A stretch of 61,649 bases of DNA, counting the filler, from Ionaspis alba (lineage: Eukaryota): NCBI GenBank assembly GCA_964255285.1. It is 11 parts of 11 records of this genome, joined end to end, with 100 filler letters (N's around TTAATTAATTAA, not from the genome) between each part and the next. Parts side by side here need not be neighbours in the genome. Positions count along the whole stretch, not along the records: positions 22,631 to 28,147 come from CAXUUL010001003.1; positions 28,248 to 33,761 come from CAXUUL010001004.1; positions 33,862 to 39,360 come from CAXUUL010001005.1; 8 more parts are not named here. The stretch is one strand, 5' to 3'. Positions within the stretch are counted from its first letter, which is position 1; the number at the start of each line of letters is the position of its first letter. A program made the position numbers and the translations under genes. Below the pieces are notes generated by a model, which ran no database searches, had not been told where the DNA came from, and was given only the letters and a program-made list of their open reading frames with translations. Below are positions 24,667 to 35,374 of this stretch, in pieces.

Positions 24667-25379
24667 CGTTCTTTCAGAAGAGGAAGTTCGGGGAGGCGCG
24701 GGATTGGTATTGGCGGCGAAGGAGAGCGTACGGGGAAGAAGCAGGGAAGACAGTTTGGTGGTATTGTAATGGGATGTTTGTTTATGTAGCAGGATGGCTC
24801 AAGTGATGAGATCCAGTAGTCGTATCAAGATGTCCTTCTTTCTGTCTGGTCACTTTGTTAGTACCAAACTAGATTGCTTGCCAGTGCCAAAGCCCTTCCG
24901 TCGAGATCACTTGAGAGAACAGCATGGTCGAATAGACACTTCTGACCATGAACGACAGAGAAGAAGAACATAGAGCTTCCACATGCCTCGAAACCACAAA
25001 GGCTGAACCTGTAAGACTCAACAGAGTCACTTTGCGCGGGAATGAAAACGAGAGTGACCGCTCCAGCGGAAGGGAGTTGTGAAGAACACCAGAAGAGTAT
25101 AGCGATATGGACTGGTGAATGGGGCGAATCTGTAGAGAGTAATAATGCAAAGTAGAGTTGAAGTAGAAGGCTGCTCTACCGAAGATGATGGAATGACGGT
25201 GATTACTTCGTTGAATCTTGAATAGATTCCCGAAACGGCCTCACGTTCCTCCATCCATTATACACTCCACGCTAGCTGTCATCGGCAAGGAAAATAGCTC
25301 GGCTCTTCGGAGCTGCGTTTAGCTTCGGCCCTGCGTCATCTGCACTAAACCGATTTGTACGATTGATTTTATTCCACTT

Positions 25380-25409
25380 GCACAAGATCAAACGCACAAG
25401 ATCAAACGC
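25380..25409 (+). repeat. 14-bp perfect tandem duplication in the ORM1/AIR-like divergent intergenic region
   Basis: gcacaagatcaaac twice. Confidence 0.7.
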
Positions 25410-25507
25410 CCACTCTTCAACGGTGTGCATCATGAGTCAAGCTCCTCAAAGAGCCCAATAGCTCCCTCTTCCATCAGTCAGAGAGGCATAAGAGGGCCAG
25501 CAAATAC

Positions 25508-27541
25508 ATGCAGGAGGCCACGCTTGATTCTCGCACGGCTGCGTTTGGTCGAAAACGCACTTATCAGTCTGTCGACGATGGTCATCAGAGCAACGGCGAA
25601 GAGAGTATCTCTACTACATCCCCAAGAGATGCGAAGAAGCTCAGAGCGTCTTTGAATGCTAGTGATGGACTAAGTTCGATTGCGAACGAACAACTCGATG
25701 GCGTTGCGCAGAGCCCGTCGCATCGTTGCCAAACTTCAAAGTCATCCGGACTCGCGCCTGCAATAAATTGGAACACTGCGAGCAAAGCAACAATAAGAAC
25801 AACGCTTACAGGCAGCCGTCCCTCAGTAACTCTTGGACAAGCAAGGCCCGTGCCAGCGACGCTTGAACCGACACCTCGTGTCAATGTCCCAGAAGCGTCG
25901 GAACCCTCGAGAGCCGCATCCTTATCCACAGCTGCATCTCTCACACCTGAAACCGATCAGTCACCTGGAGAGATAGACATGAAACGAGAAGCCCAGCTGG
26001 AGGTACAGAGTCTCGACGAGAGTGAGCATTTCTATTCGGACCCAGAGCCTGGCGAAGCATATGAAAAGTTGGAGGACCAACATAACGATGCCGGAGACTC
26101 CACAAGTGACGGTGGTGTCATGATCAATCTACAGGACCAAGGGTTCAGCGAGGAGCACGAAAGTGGGGAGATCTCAGAGGATTCCCGGCCCGAGTTGAAT
26201 CAAGCACTTGAGTTTCAAAACGTTGCTAAAGCGATCGAAGAGCCTAATTCCGAGCAGGGCACCTCTCAGCAGGGCGCGAAGTCTTATAGAATCGACGACA
26301 AAGGAGACGATCACAATGAGATCGATGCCGTGATGGAGTACTCCGCATCCAAACAGGTCCCTGACGTTGAGGAGAAGCTCCATGGGACCGACACGGTTAA
26401 GCAGCAGTTGCAGCCACGCTTTCTTGCAGACCTTGATCTTGAAGACTTGAAACTGCAACTCCGGTATTTCTACATCAGTCAAACTAACCGAGATCCAAAG
26501 CTCGTTGATCTGAATCTCCCAGTACGTTGTCTCGTTTGCGGCAAAGCAGGCCACACATCAGAGTACTGCAAAACTCTCACGTGCGCCACATGCGGAGTAT
26601 ACAAGGAGCACTTCACCCAGAACTGTCCCCGGACTCGTAAATGCGAGAAATGTTCCGAGCGCGGCCACGGCAGTGCTACATGTCCCTACAAAATCCCGCG
26701 CTTGACAACTAGCAAGCTCGAATGCGATCTTTGCCAGCGCATCGGCCACATAGAGGATGAATGCGAACTCCTCTGGCGTACTTCAGGGCGAACATGGGAG
26801 TCGGACCTGCCGACCTTCACCATTCGACTCTATTGCTACGAGTGCGGTAATTCTGGTCATCTTGGCAATGAATGCCCATCTCGTAATCCTCGGAAACCTT
26901 TGGGAAGCAGTACTTGGAGTGCCAGAGCCTCAAAAACTACCTCCACAATCGCACCTGTGGGTATCTCTATCCGTGGTCGTGCCGAGAGCCACAGGCCGAT
27001 TGAAATTATTGACGACAGTGAGGATGATCGTGCTAATTTCTACCGCCGTCGGGTCCCGCCTCCAGCGCGAAGCGGCCATATTCGTGTTGCAGCCTCTACT
27101 TTCTCGCCACCCAACAACGGATCTTTCAGAGCTTTCGATACTGTCCCTTCCCGTACAGAAACTTATCACATGCCTCGCCCAGTACCTTACACCGCCGGCG
27201 ACCATAGTCAGGGCAGAACCCACCCCGACCACTACCAGCCCCAACCACGTCGACGTTCTCGCTCACCAGTCCGAGCACGGTATGACCAGCGAGACGCCAA
27301 GCGCTTTCCAATGGACGAAACTTATATGGATAGGGACGTCAGATACAGGGGCTATGATGGCGGAGGAGATAGCCCTCCGCCACCAGTACAGACTCAGCAG
27401 CAGCCGCCACTGCCGATCGGCAAACCACCCGGCAAGAAGGGCAAGAAGATGAAGAAAGGTGCGGCAAATACGAGCAAGGCTAATTTCTATCGGCCGCTTC
27501 CGAGTGCCGCTCAACAAGCGTGGAAGAAGGGAAGGACCTGA
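25508..27541 (+). CDS. AIR1: CCHC zinc-knuckle protein, Air1/Air2 (TRAMP complex)-like
   Basis: 677-aa single-exon ORF with five knuckles (CLVCGKAGHTSEYC, CATCGVYKEHFTQNC, CEKCSERGHGSATC, CDLCQRIGHIEDEC, CYECGNSGHLGNEC) and an LWR motif between knuckles 4 and 5, like the Air IWR motif. Confidence 0.75.
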   Translation: MQEATLDSRTAAFGRKRTYQSVDDGHQSNGEESISTTSPRDAKKLRASLNASDGLSSIANEQLDGVAQSPSHRCQTSKSSGLAPAINWNTASKATIRTTLTGSRPSVTLGQARPVPATLEPTPRVNVPEASEPSRAASLSTAASLTPETDQSPGEIDMKREAQLEVQSLDESEHFYSDPEPGEAYEKLEDQHNDAGDSTSDGGVMINLQDQGFSEEHESGEISEDSRPELNQALEFQNVAKAIEEPNSEQGTSQQGAKSYRIDDKGDDHNEIDAVMEYSASKQVPDVEEKLHGTDTVKQQLQPRFLADLDLEDLKLQLRYFYISQTNRDPKLVDLNLPVRCLVCGKAGHTSEYCKTLTCATCGVYKEHFTQNCPRTRKCEKCSERGHGSATCPYKIPRLTTSKLECDLCQRIGHIEDECELLWRTSGRTWESDLPTFTIRLYCYECGNSGHLGNECPSRNPRKPLGSSTWSARASKTTSTIAPVGISIRGRAESHRPIEIIDDSEDDRANFYRRRVPPPARSGHIRVAASTFSPPNNGSFRAFDTVPSRTETYHMPRPVPYTAGDHSQGRTHPDHYQPQPRRRSRSPVRARYDQRDAKRFPMDETYMDRDVRYRGYDGGGDSPPPPVQTQQQPPLPIGKPPGKKGKKMKKGAANTSKANFYRPLPSAAQQAWKKGRT

Positions 27542-28147
27542 ATGTTCGGAGAAACTGGATTATGCTATGCTGTAGAGAACCGGAGCAGGAATTCGGTATC
27601 TCGGCGAAAAGTTACTTGCATTGTTGAGACACCAATTTTGCTGGATTGGCAGAGAAGAGAACGATGCCAACGACACGACTCGTGGATCAAACAACTTTTA
27701 AGGAGATCTCTGTTGGCTACAGCTGATTTGGTTAGACCAAACATAATACTCTGTATGACGCTCTTTTTCATGTTCGCGCACACATCTCAATGCGTACGTG
27801 AATGATGCTGCCGCATGAATTTCTGGAATCCAAGTGGTTGCTTTGAGGATATCAATGACCGCTATGGCAATAACAAACTAAGACCATCCAGAGCAGGGTT
27901 AGGAATCCAGACGAATGCAGAGATCCCGAGATTCAGCAAGCGTCTGTAATGGCTATACATGCTCCACCTCCCCTCCAGCACCTTCGCTCCCTGTGTCAGA
28001 CATGCCAGTATGGTGAAACCAGCTCCTCTCATCGTACTTCCTTCTTGATCCTTGCACGTTCCTCACATGTCGTAGCCAAGGCCAAGGCTGGCTCAACCCT
28101 TGGCAACCATAACAGCACCGTGATCAATGAAGCCCTAGTTCCCACCG

Positions 28148-28247
28148 NNNNNNNNNNNNNNNNNNNNNNNNNNNNNNNNNNNNNNNNNNNNTTAATTAAT
28201 TAANNNNNNNNNNNNNNNNNNNNNNNNNNNNNNNNNNNNNNNNNNNN
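28148..28247. other. Artificial scaffold-joining spacer
   Basis: N-TTAATTAATTAA-N, 100 bp. Confidence 0.97.
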
Positions 28248-30626
28248 ACTTCGTATACCATAATCGCTCCACAACTCCTCAGGATCACCTATCAGATCCA
28301 GGATTGCCCCTAATCGAGGACTATCCGGTGGTAATAATCCAGTCATGAACGGAAAGATGGAGATATAGCCCTTGTGACACACATGCACGCTCTCCTCATA
28401 GTCGTCTATCGTTGCATCACAGTAAGTCTTCTCCTTACTGTCCCAGTGTAGGTCATCGATGTTGCGAATGATAGCAGTCTCGAAACCTTTGAATTCGGCC
28501 GCGTCGTCCCCTTCACCGATCGTTTCGGCGACTCGTCGCATGGAGCGAGTCATCATGCCCATCCAGCTAATAAGATCTGTATGAAGCTCACCAGGATGAG
28601 GAGGCTGTGGACGAGGGTAGTCGTCAAGACCAGAAGTCAAGATGTGCTCTGGCGTTCGACCACGCCAGCGGTATGCCTCTTTGGTAGAGAATGCTTCACG
28701 GTCATAAGATTTGATATCTCCCCATTGGGTTTTGCGGAACCAGAAGTAATGACGTTTCAAGTACGGATAGAGGTCTTTCAGGTAGCCAAGCGCCATGTCT
28801 GGTTTTCGTAGATGGGCATTTCGGACTGCATCATACTGGTCCTTCGTATCAGCGTCGTTAGGAGTGCCGGATTTCATTTTGTCCATCAAAGTCTCGAGAA
28901 CGAGGAAGAGAGTTGGTGGATTTGCGTAATGTGGATACTGAACCTGGAACTCCTGCGGGACTTTGCTGCGTGCTTCTGGACCAAGAATTTGTTCTCTACC
29001 TATCCATCCGTCGTCGTCCATCAAGGTGAACCAGCTTTTCACGATGTCCAGACTGTTCAGAGATTAATATCAAAGGGGTGTGTCAGACACAGAACTCACG
29101 TCAAATCCATATCCCAGTCCGCGATAGGAAGCAAATGGAAACCTTCATCCCAAAGAAAGCCTCGTGGAAAGAAAGGTCTCGATGGGATGCTCGTATATAG
29201 AGAAGAAGGTCCTTCTAGTTTCTGATTTCCACGACCTCGAGCTTCGGCAGTATCCTGCCAGAATACTTCATTCTCTTCCTCGTACTCAGGGGCATATGAC
29301 CTATCCACTACGCTATCGCCATGAAAGTAACCAATACCTCCTACCAAATTGGAGAACATTGAACGAGCAAAGGTATCATACTTCAGCTTGTCGAAGGGTG
29401 CTTTCGGAGCTAGTATCTTGGAAAATCGACTACTAAAGTTGGCCGTGGCGGTCTTGATGCCCTGGGTAAGATCTTCTGCTGGGACAGAGTAAGCGGTTGA
29501 TCTTGTGTTCCCAAGGACATCTTCTCTTACAGATGATGGGCTTTGGTGCAGAACTCGAAGAGTAGATGACATCAAACTTCGCTGCGTTAATATGCTGTAG
29601 TCTCTTTCACAAAGGACGACAAACCTCGAAAGAACCTTCAAACACCTTCTGAAATAGATGAACGTTCCCTTCTCGAACCTCATTGGCAATTGTGAATGTT
29701 TGCCACGGGGGAGGGCTGTCTTCGTTGCCGTATTTCGATATATAAGCATCAACCTCGGACTTCATGTGAGTGAAAAGGAGTGCTTCACTCAAAAAATGCA
29801 CATGTTAATAAAGACCTTCTTCAAATGAACGCCATAGGGGGACTTTTACACACGTTTTGTCTGCCACATAGCCTCTTCCGGGACCTGAAAACTAGCAACA
29901 ATAGTCCTGTCCAGGGGTTTACTTCCATACGAATCGTGCATTTCTGGAGGATGCAGATTCGTATCTGGTCCAGCGGTAATATCGATGGTAAAGTCACCTA
30001 ACCCCTCTACCTGCCCTTGCATAGAGACCGTTCCTTCATATCCCAGATCACTTGGCTCATTGGTGATGCTTAGTCTGCCCAACCCTTCCACAGCACCGTA
30101 AAAGATGACGGTGGTCATCAGCCGCGGTGGAGCATCTTCTCGAGGCGTTCCCTTGACCCGTACACCCCAAGAACCTCCATGTTGACCTCCTGGAAACTTG
30201 ACAAACTCTGTCGTGAGGTCGACCTTGTTCCCCGAATCGTGGATGGTCTGCCGACCTCCTTCTCTTGTATCGTATTCGTCCCAACCATACCCAGCCATAC
30301 CCTCATTTTGTTCGCATGTATGGCGGAAGTCTAGAGGCACAAAAGCTCAGTCAATTACTCTAGCCAGGTAACTTCGATTACTCACTGTCTTGTACCGTCT
30401 GATAGTCGTCAACCTTTGCCCAAAGCAGTCCAGTCAATAAACTCTTAGGTATGCGTGGCTTGACTCCAAAGTAAAGATTTGGTCTATAAGGCCCCCATAA
30501 CAATGAATCATTCGAAAGCTTTGCATGCTCTGCAAGAACTTTTTGATCCTGACCAGAAACAAATAAAGAGAGCGACAAGAAGAGAAGGATAACAGCCGGC
30601 CCTGAAGTACGCAGCAGCTCTAACAT
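28248..30626 (-). CDS. CWH41: Processing alpha-glucosidase I (GH63), multi-exon; 3' end truncated
   Basis: Signal/anchor then [106 protein letters not shown]. Confidence 0.95.
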
Positions 30627-31058
30627 GATGAGCACCCACGGGAGAAGGAGCTTGGAAGCTCCAATTGCAAAGATCAGAGCTCCGTGAAAGCAGGACTCGA
30701 AGCTGTTCCGAATGTTTTAAGAACACCCTGGAGCTTTCGCTTGAGACATTCACAACAGGGATCTGGCTTGGACCGCATGCACGAACTCCGTCACTGGTTT
30801 TCCTCCCACTTTCATGGTGATACTTTACAGACACCGCTTCTTTCCTCCCATTCAACGACCGTCAAGTTCTCCAATCTGGGATGCAAATTCTACTATGCAC
30901 AGCTTAAGACCCCCGGCTGCCTGATCATCAACCAGCACCTCGTAAACCCTTCTATGCAACAACACTCATTCTCCTAGGCGCCAACTTTTCCTCCCTTGTC
31001 TTCCACCTCCTCCAAAGTCACACGCCTTCTCGGGCACCCTCAGCGCCACACATCAACT

Positions 31059-31833
31059 ATGTCATCCTACTTCTCTTCCCTCCGCCGCCTCCTCCCCACC
31101 TCCCTTTCCGAAGACTCCGACCTCACAATCTCCTCCACCGAAGACAGCCACGTCTCCCGCGTGCTCCGAAACTACTACACCGAAAAAGGCCGGCCCTTTC
31201 CTCCGTGGCTAGGTCCCGACCCATCTGCCCCCACCAAAGCTCCACCCGCCCTCCTGAACTCTACAGTCCTCCCAAACGTGCAGAACAATGCTTCCGCAGG
31301 CAGTCTCCGCCGAGGAGCAGGCACTCCCGGTAGTGGTGGCCTAGGTGATTTGTTCGCAGACTCAGGCCAACCACAAGTCTCCAGCGTGAACTCATTACGT
31401 GCAAGAAGACCAGGTATCAGGTCGCCGGGATTCAAGGGAGGAAGCTCAGACTCAATACCCTACCCACAGCGCGCGACACCTCCTCCTCCTTCGACTTCAT
31501 CGTCAGACAGTATACCATACCCACAGCGCATGTCGCACAGACACACGGGCTCCAGCTCGAGCTCGACACCAGCGANNNNNNNNNNNNNNNNNNNNNNNNN
31601 NNNNNNNNNNNNNNNNNNNNNNNNNNNNNNNNNNNNNNNNNNNNNNNNNNNNNNNNNNNNNNNNNNNNNNNNNNNTAGGAGGAGGAAAGCCTTTTGTTAG
31701 CGCTACAGCGCCGTGGTCGAGTGGCGAGGACGCTGGGCTTGGGGGTTATAGAGGTGGAGGAAGTAGTGGTGCGGTAGGAGGGCTGGGCAGAAAGGCGGTT
31801 GGGTTGCCTGCTTCTCCAAGGCGGAGGAATTAA
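31059..31833 (+). CDS. MSO1: Mso1-like Sec1-binding exocytosis protein (internal N gap)
   Basis: TEDSHVSRVLRNYYTEKGRPFPPWL matches the Mso1 Sec1-binding region. A Gly-rich tail ending VGLPASPRRRN follows the gap. Confidence 0.7.
31576..31675. other. Intra-scaffold assembly gap (100 N, no TTAA linker)
   Basis: Pure N run inside the MSO1-like CDS. Confidence 0.95.
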
Positions 31834-32818
31834 AAGGGGAAAATTGGATTCCTGGGGTCACGGAGACTGCCATTGCCGGGCTTGGAGCATCTTACACGTG
31901 GCCATACCTTCATCGATGGAACTTTTCAGTCATGCAGAAGACTTGCCTAATAGATCATTGATTGCTCGATGAGCACTGCGAGACATAATAATGAGTTTGG
32001 AGATTGCGGCCTTCCCGATGACTGGGATTTGTTGAGGAATACTCAGAGAACGAAGCGTACCAACATGACTTTATTCTTCCGGATGCAATGTTCTGTGGAT
32101 TGGATGCTCGATCCCATCTGTATAGCGGTGGTTCCAATCGGTCAGCCTCATGTACAGAATCCGAAAACGTCAGGCCAAATCTTGCCGAATTTATGTTGAT
32201 GCAACACTCCGTACAATGTAAGTCTGATCAAGTCCAAGTCCAAAGGACATGAGCCTTGTAGAAAAAATCGAAGAACGTGGAAGCGGGATGTAAGGTGGTG
32301 CAAATCAGACAGCTAAGGCATATGCAAACTCCACGACAGCAGAACTTGGAACATTTGGCGCAGAAAACATGTGGATTATACCTCTGCCTGGAAGAACTTT
32401 CTCGGCCAATCACCCACTCAAAACCTTTCAACAGGTGCAAAAAGCGTCCTCCTTTCAATTACTCGCATTGCACCTCCCTCTCGCATCAGCTCGTAGCGTA
32501 ACTCCCCAACCACCATCTCTGCCACCGCTCTTAGCGCCCTAAGACCTCCTGTTCTCTCCACAACGACTACCATCCACTCAAAGTAATAGATCGTAGATAT
32601 CCATGGCTACTATTGTAAAAATATCCAGACTCTGTTCTTCGGGTGCAGGTTCAATTTCTTGGCTTGTATATGAAACGAAAAGAAGCGCGGAGGATAATTT
32701 TGTGGAATCGATTCTCCGGTCACATATTGTTTAGCATGAGGCGGCATAGATAAAATATACGATAAGACACTGCCGCAGATACGTGGAAGCCCGTGAATCT
32801 GTATTTCAATGTCATGTT

Positions 32819-33761
32819 TTATTTCTTGCCTTTACTTCTCTGTTCAATCTCCTCCTGACTCAATATCTTGACCGCATCTTTCGAATATATATAACTCGCT
32901 CCGCTCCATATCGTAGTCGTCGCCACGAGATACCTAGATCACAGTCATCTAACCGTTACAAAAGCATAGCTTGTGAGTTTGTGGCAACAGAACAATTACA
33001 ATCCTCCAAAGTGCTGGGGACCCTGAAGTCAAACTTACTGCATCCCTATCAGCCCCGTCTGCAGCCACGGACTCATGCCAATCATCAAGGGCATGGCCGT
33101 CGTCCATCCTATCAATCCTAGTTGCAAGGCTGTGTTCAGCTTACTGATGCCTGTGGGATGGACTTCGGCACTAGGAAGCGAGAAATCCCAGTATCTGGAG
33201 AAGGTCTTTGGTGGGGGCAGAGAGATGTAGCGATAATAGATTGCGGCGATGCCGAGAAGGATATCTCGGGAGAGGATAATGATCGCGAGCCATACTGGAC
33301 AAGGAATAGTCGTTAGTTCTTTGAACAAGACAGAGCAGAGGTATGCGGGGAAATAAAGAAATAAGAATAGTGAAGGCAGTCCGGAGACTAAATGACTTGT
33401 GCATATGGGAAACAACCCATAACCTACCAGGCATCGCCCCCTTCACCGCCAAACAAACCGTCAAAACAGTCATCAGCGTCTTGTCCGCCATTGGATCAAT
33501 GACCGTCCCCACAACCGTCTGCAATTTCCACTTCCTCGCTATCCACCCGTCGATGAGGTCCGTGATCCCCGCATAGGCAAAGAGACCGACGGCCCAGGCG
33601 TGGAAGTCATGGAGGACAAGATAGCCTACTACGGGCGCGGCGATGAGGCGTGAGAAGGTTAGGATGTTGGGGACCGTGTAGATATTCTCGTGGGGTGTGA
33701 GGGCGAGGATGCGGGTTTTTAGGGTGGGTGTTGCGCAGTGGCCGTGCCGTGCCCCAGTCCG
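32819..33761 (-). CDS. CRD1: Cardiolipin synthase (CDP-alcohol phosphatidyltransferase); 5' end truncated
   Basis: HENIYTVPNILTFSRL...AGITDLIDGWIARKWKLQTVVGTVIDPMADKTLM; RYISLPPPKTFSRYWDFSLPSAEVHPTGISKLNTALQ; last exon YLVATTTIWSGASYIYSKDAVKIL. Two introns visible. Confidence 0.92.
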
Positions 33762-33861
33762 NNNNNNNNNNNNNNNNNNNNNNNNNNNNNNNNNNNNNNN
33801 NNNNNTTAATTAATTAANNNNNNNNNNNNNNNNNNNNNNNNNNNNNNNNNNNNNNNNNNNN
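33762..33861. other. Artificial scaffold-joining spacer
   Basis: N-TTAATTAATTAA-N, 100 bp. Confidence 0.97.
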
Positions 33862-34297
33862 TTCTGTGGACATGGTCATGACTTCTACTGCCATTGCAGG
33901 TGGTGCTTATGGCGAATGAAAAGTCTGGGTCGGTTGATGATGTCTGATGAGACGGTAAGGTTGGAGGAAGAAATAAATGAGAGCTGGAAACAGGGTGCCG
34001 TCAGATCAGGTGGTGAGTAATGAACGCAGAACTAGCCCAGCCGTTCGTATAGGAGTAAAATCCCTTCACGACCGGTGGGCATCACAACACCCAAGTAATA
34101 AATAGCTTCGCCCACATGCGCATGACGATCGCTCCCCCCATCCAGACTGCCATCTCAAGTCCTAGCAAGGGTGGTTGACAGTGCGTGACCGCGGGCTTGA
34201 AGCAACCAGGCCACAATGCCAACAATGCCACCAATGACATGCTTTGTCAGATCATGCGAACCCTCTCAGTGGGATTGACGTTCGCATTTCTGAATCC

Positions 34298-34354
34298 CTA
34301 GACGTTAGAGCCTTACGACCCCTGTCCGATCACCCCTTTCTGGGATTAGCTCAC
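34298..34354 (-). other. Predicted 57-nt spliceosomal intron outside any recognised CDS
   Basis: CAG|GTGAGC...CTCTAACGTCTAG|G: consensus donor, CTAAC branch point, YAG acceptor and typical length. Confidence 0.5.
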
Positions 34355-35374
34355 CTGATGATTGGTTGTCGATCAAGCCGCAATCAGCGGTTGGTTTCCC
34401 CATCGGGGATCAGGCTTTTCGCTCGGTATGCCCTGAAGAGGATAAGGTCACTCGATTCGTTATAGTTCAAGAGCGGAATGGCGGCACGAAACCAGGTTTT
34501 CAATGCTTGTCGGCATTAGTGGGAGGAACGCTAGTAGAAGAATCCTGACTGACTTTACGGCTTATGGGCTTTGCATTGCTGATCGTGCTCTGATTGGCTA
34601 CAGATCATCGTACGGAAAGAAGCTCTTCCGAAATAGTGGATGAGTCTAAATCCCAACTTTGCGGTCTGCGAGTATGGAAACGGTGATAGGACAGGATGAT
34701 CACTGATGGGTTGTCTATCCGCCACGAGGTGATTGCGGTTTGGCAGTCATCAAGCTCTCCTGTCATGGGGGCCTGTCACGCACGGATCTAGGAGATCGAC
34801 AGAAACAATTCGAGGATGGTAGGCAATCTGATCTGACCACCTCCAGATCCATAGACTACTGTAATCTAAAGGAGTGTGGGACAGGGGAACAATCCCCTGT
34901 GCATACGAACTGGAAACAAAACTACTGATGCAAGAAAGATGCAACGTTTTACAAATTGGTGAAAGGAAGTAGCATCGCGTCCTGTAACGGTCGGAGAAGA
35001 TGCCATGCAACCGATAGTAGCACCTGCAAGCCACTCTTGTTGCGTAACAATCCATCGAGTGCCGAGCTGCCCCGCCATAATTTCCTTATCCACCGTGCCC
35101 TCTTAGTATTCCGTCCAGCGTCCTTCGATAGTGAGATCGGCGCTGTCGAGCCGTCCCTCGAGACTGCCCTTCCCGCGCTCCTCCTCTATTGGGTACTCGG
35201 CAGGCCCGAGAGCTTTTTGGTACCTGGATGTAATCGTTCCCGGACCATCGGGTTCGGGCCCAGGGATATGGGTTAACAGATTTGACGGCTCAACCGCTGG
35301 TTTTCCGCTTGCAGATCTTCGGTGAACTATTATAATGCTTGACCTCGGTCAAAACAAAATCCTCGCATCCCTGA

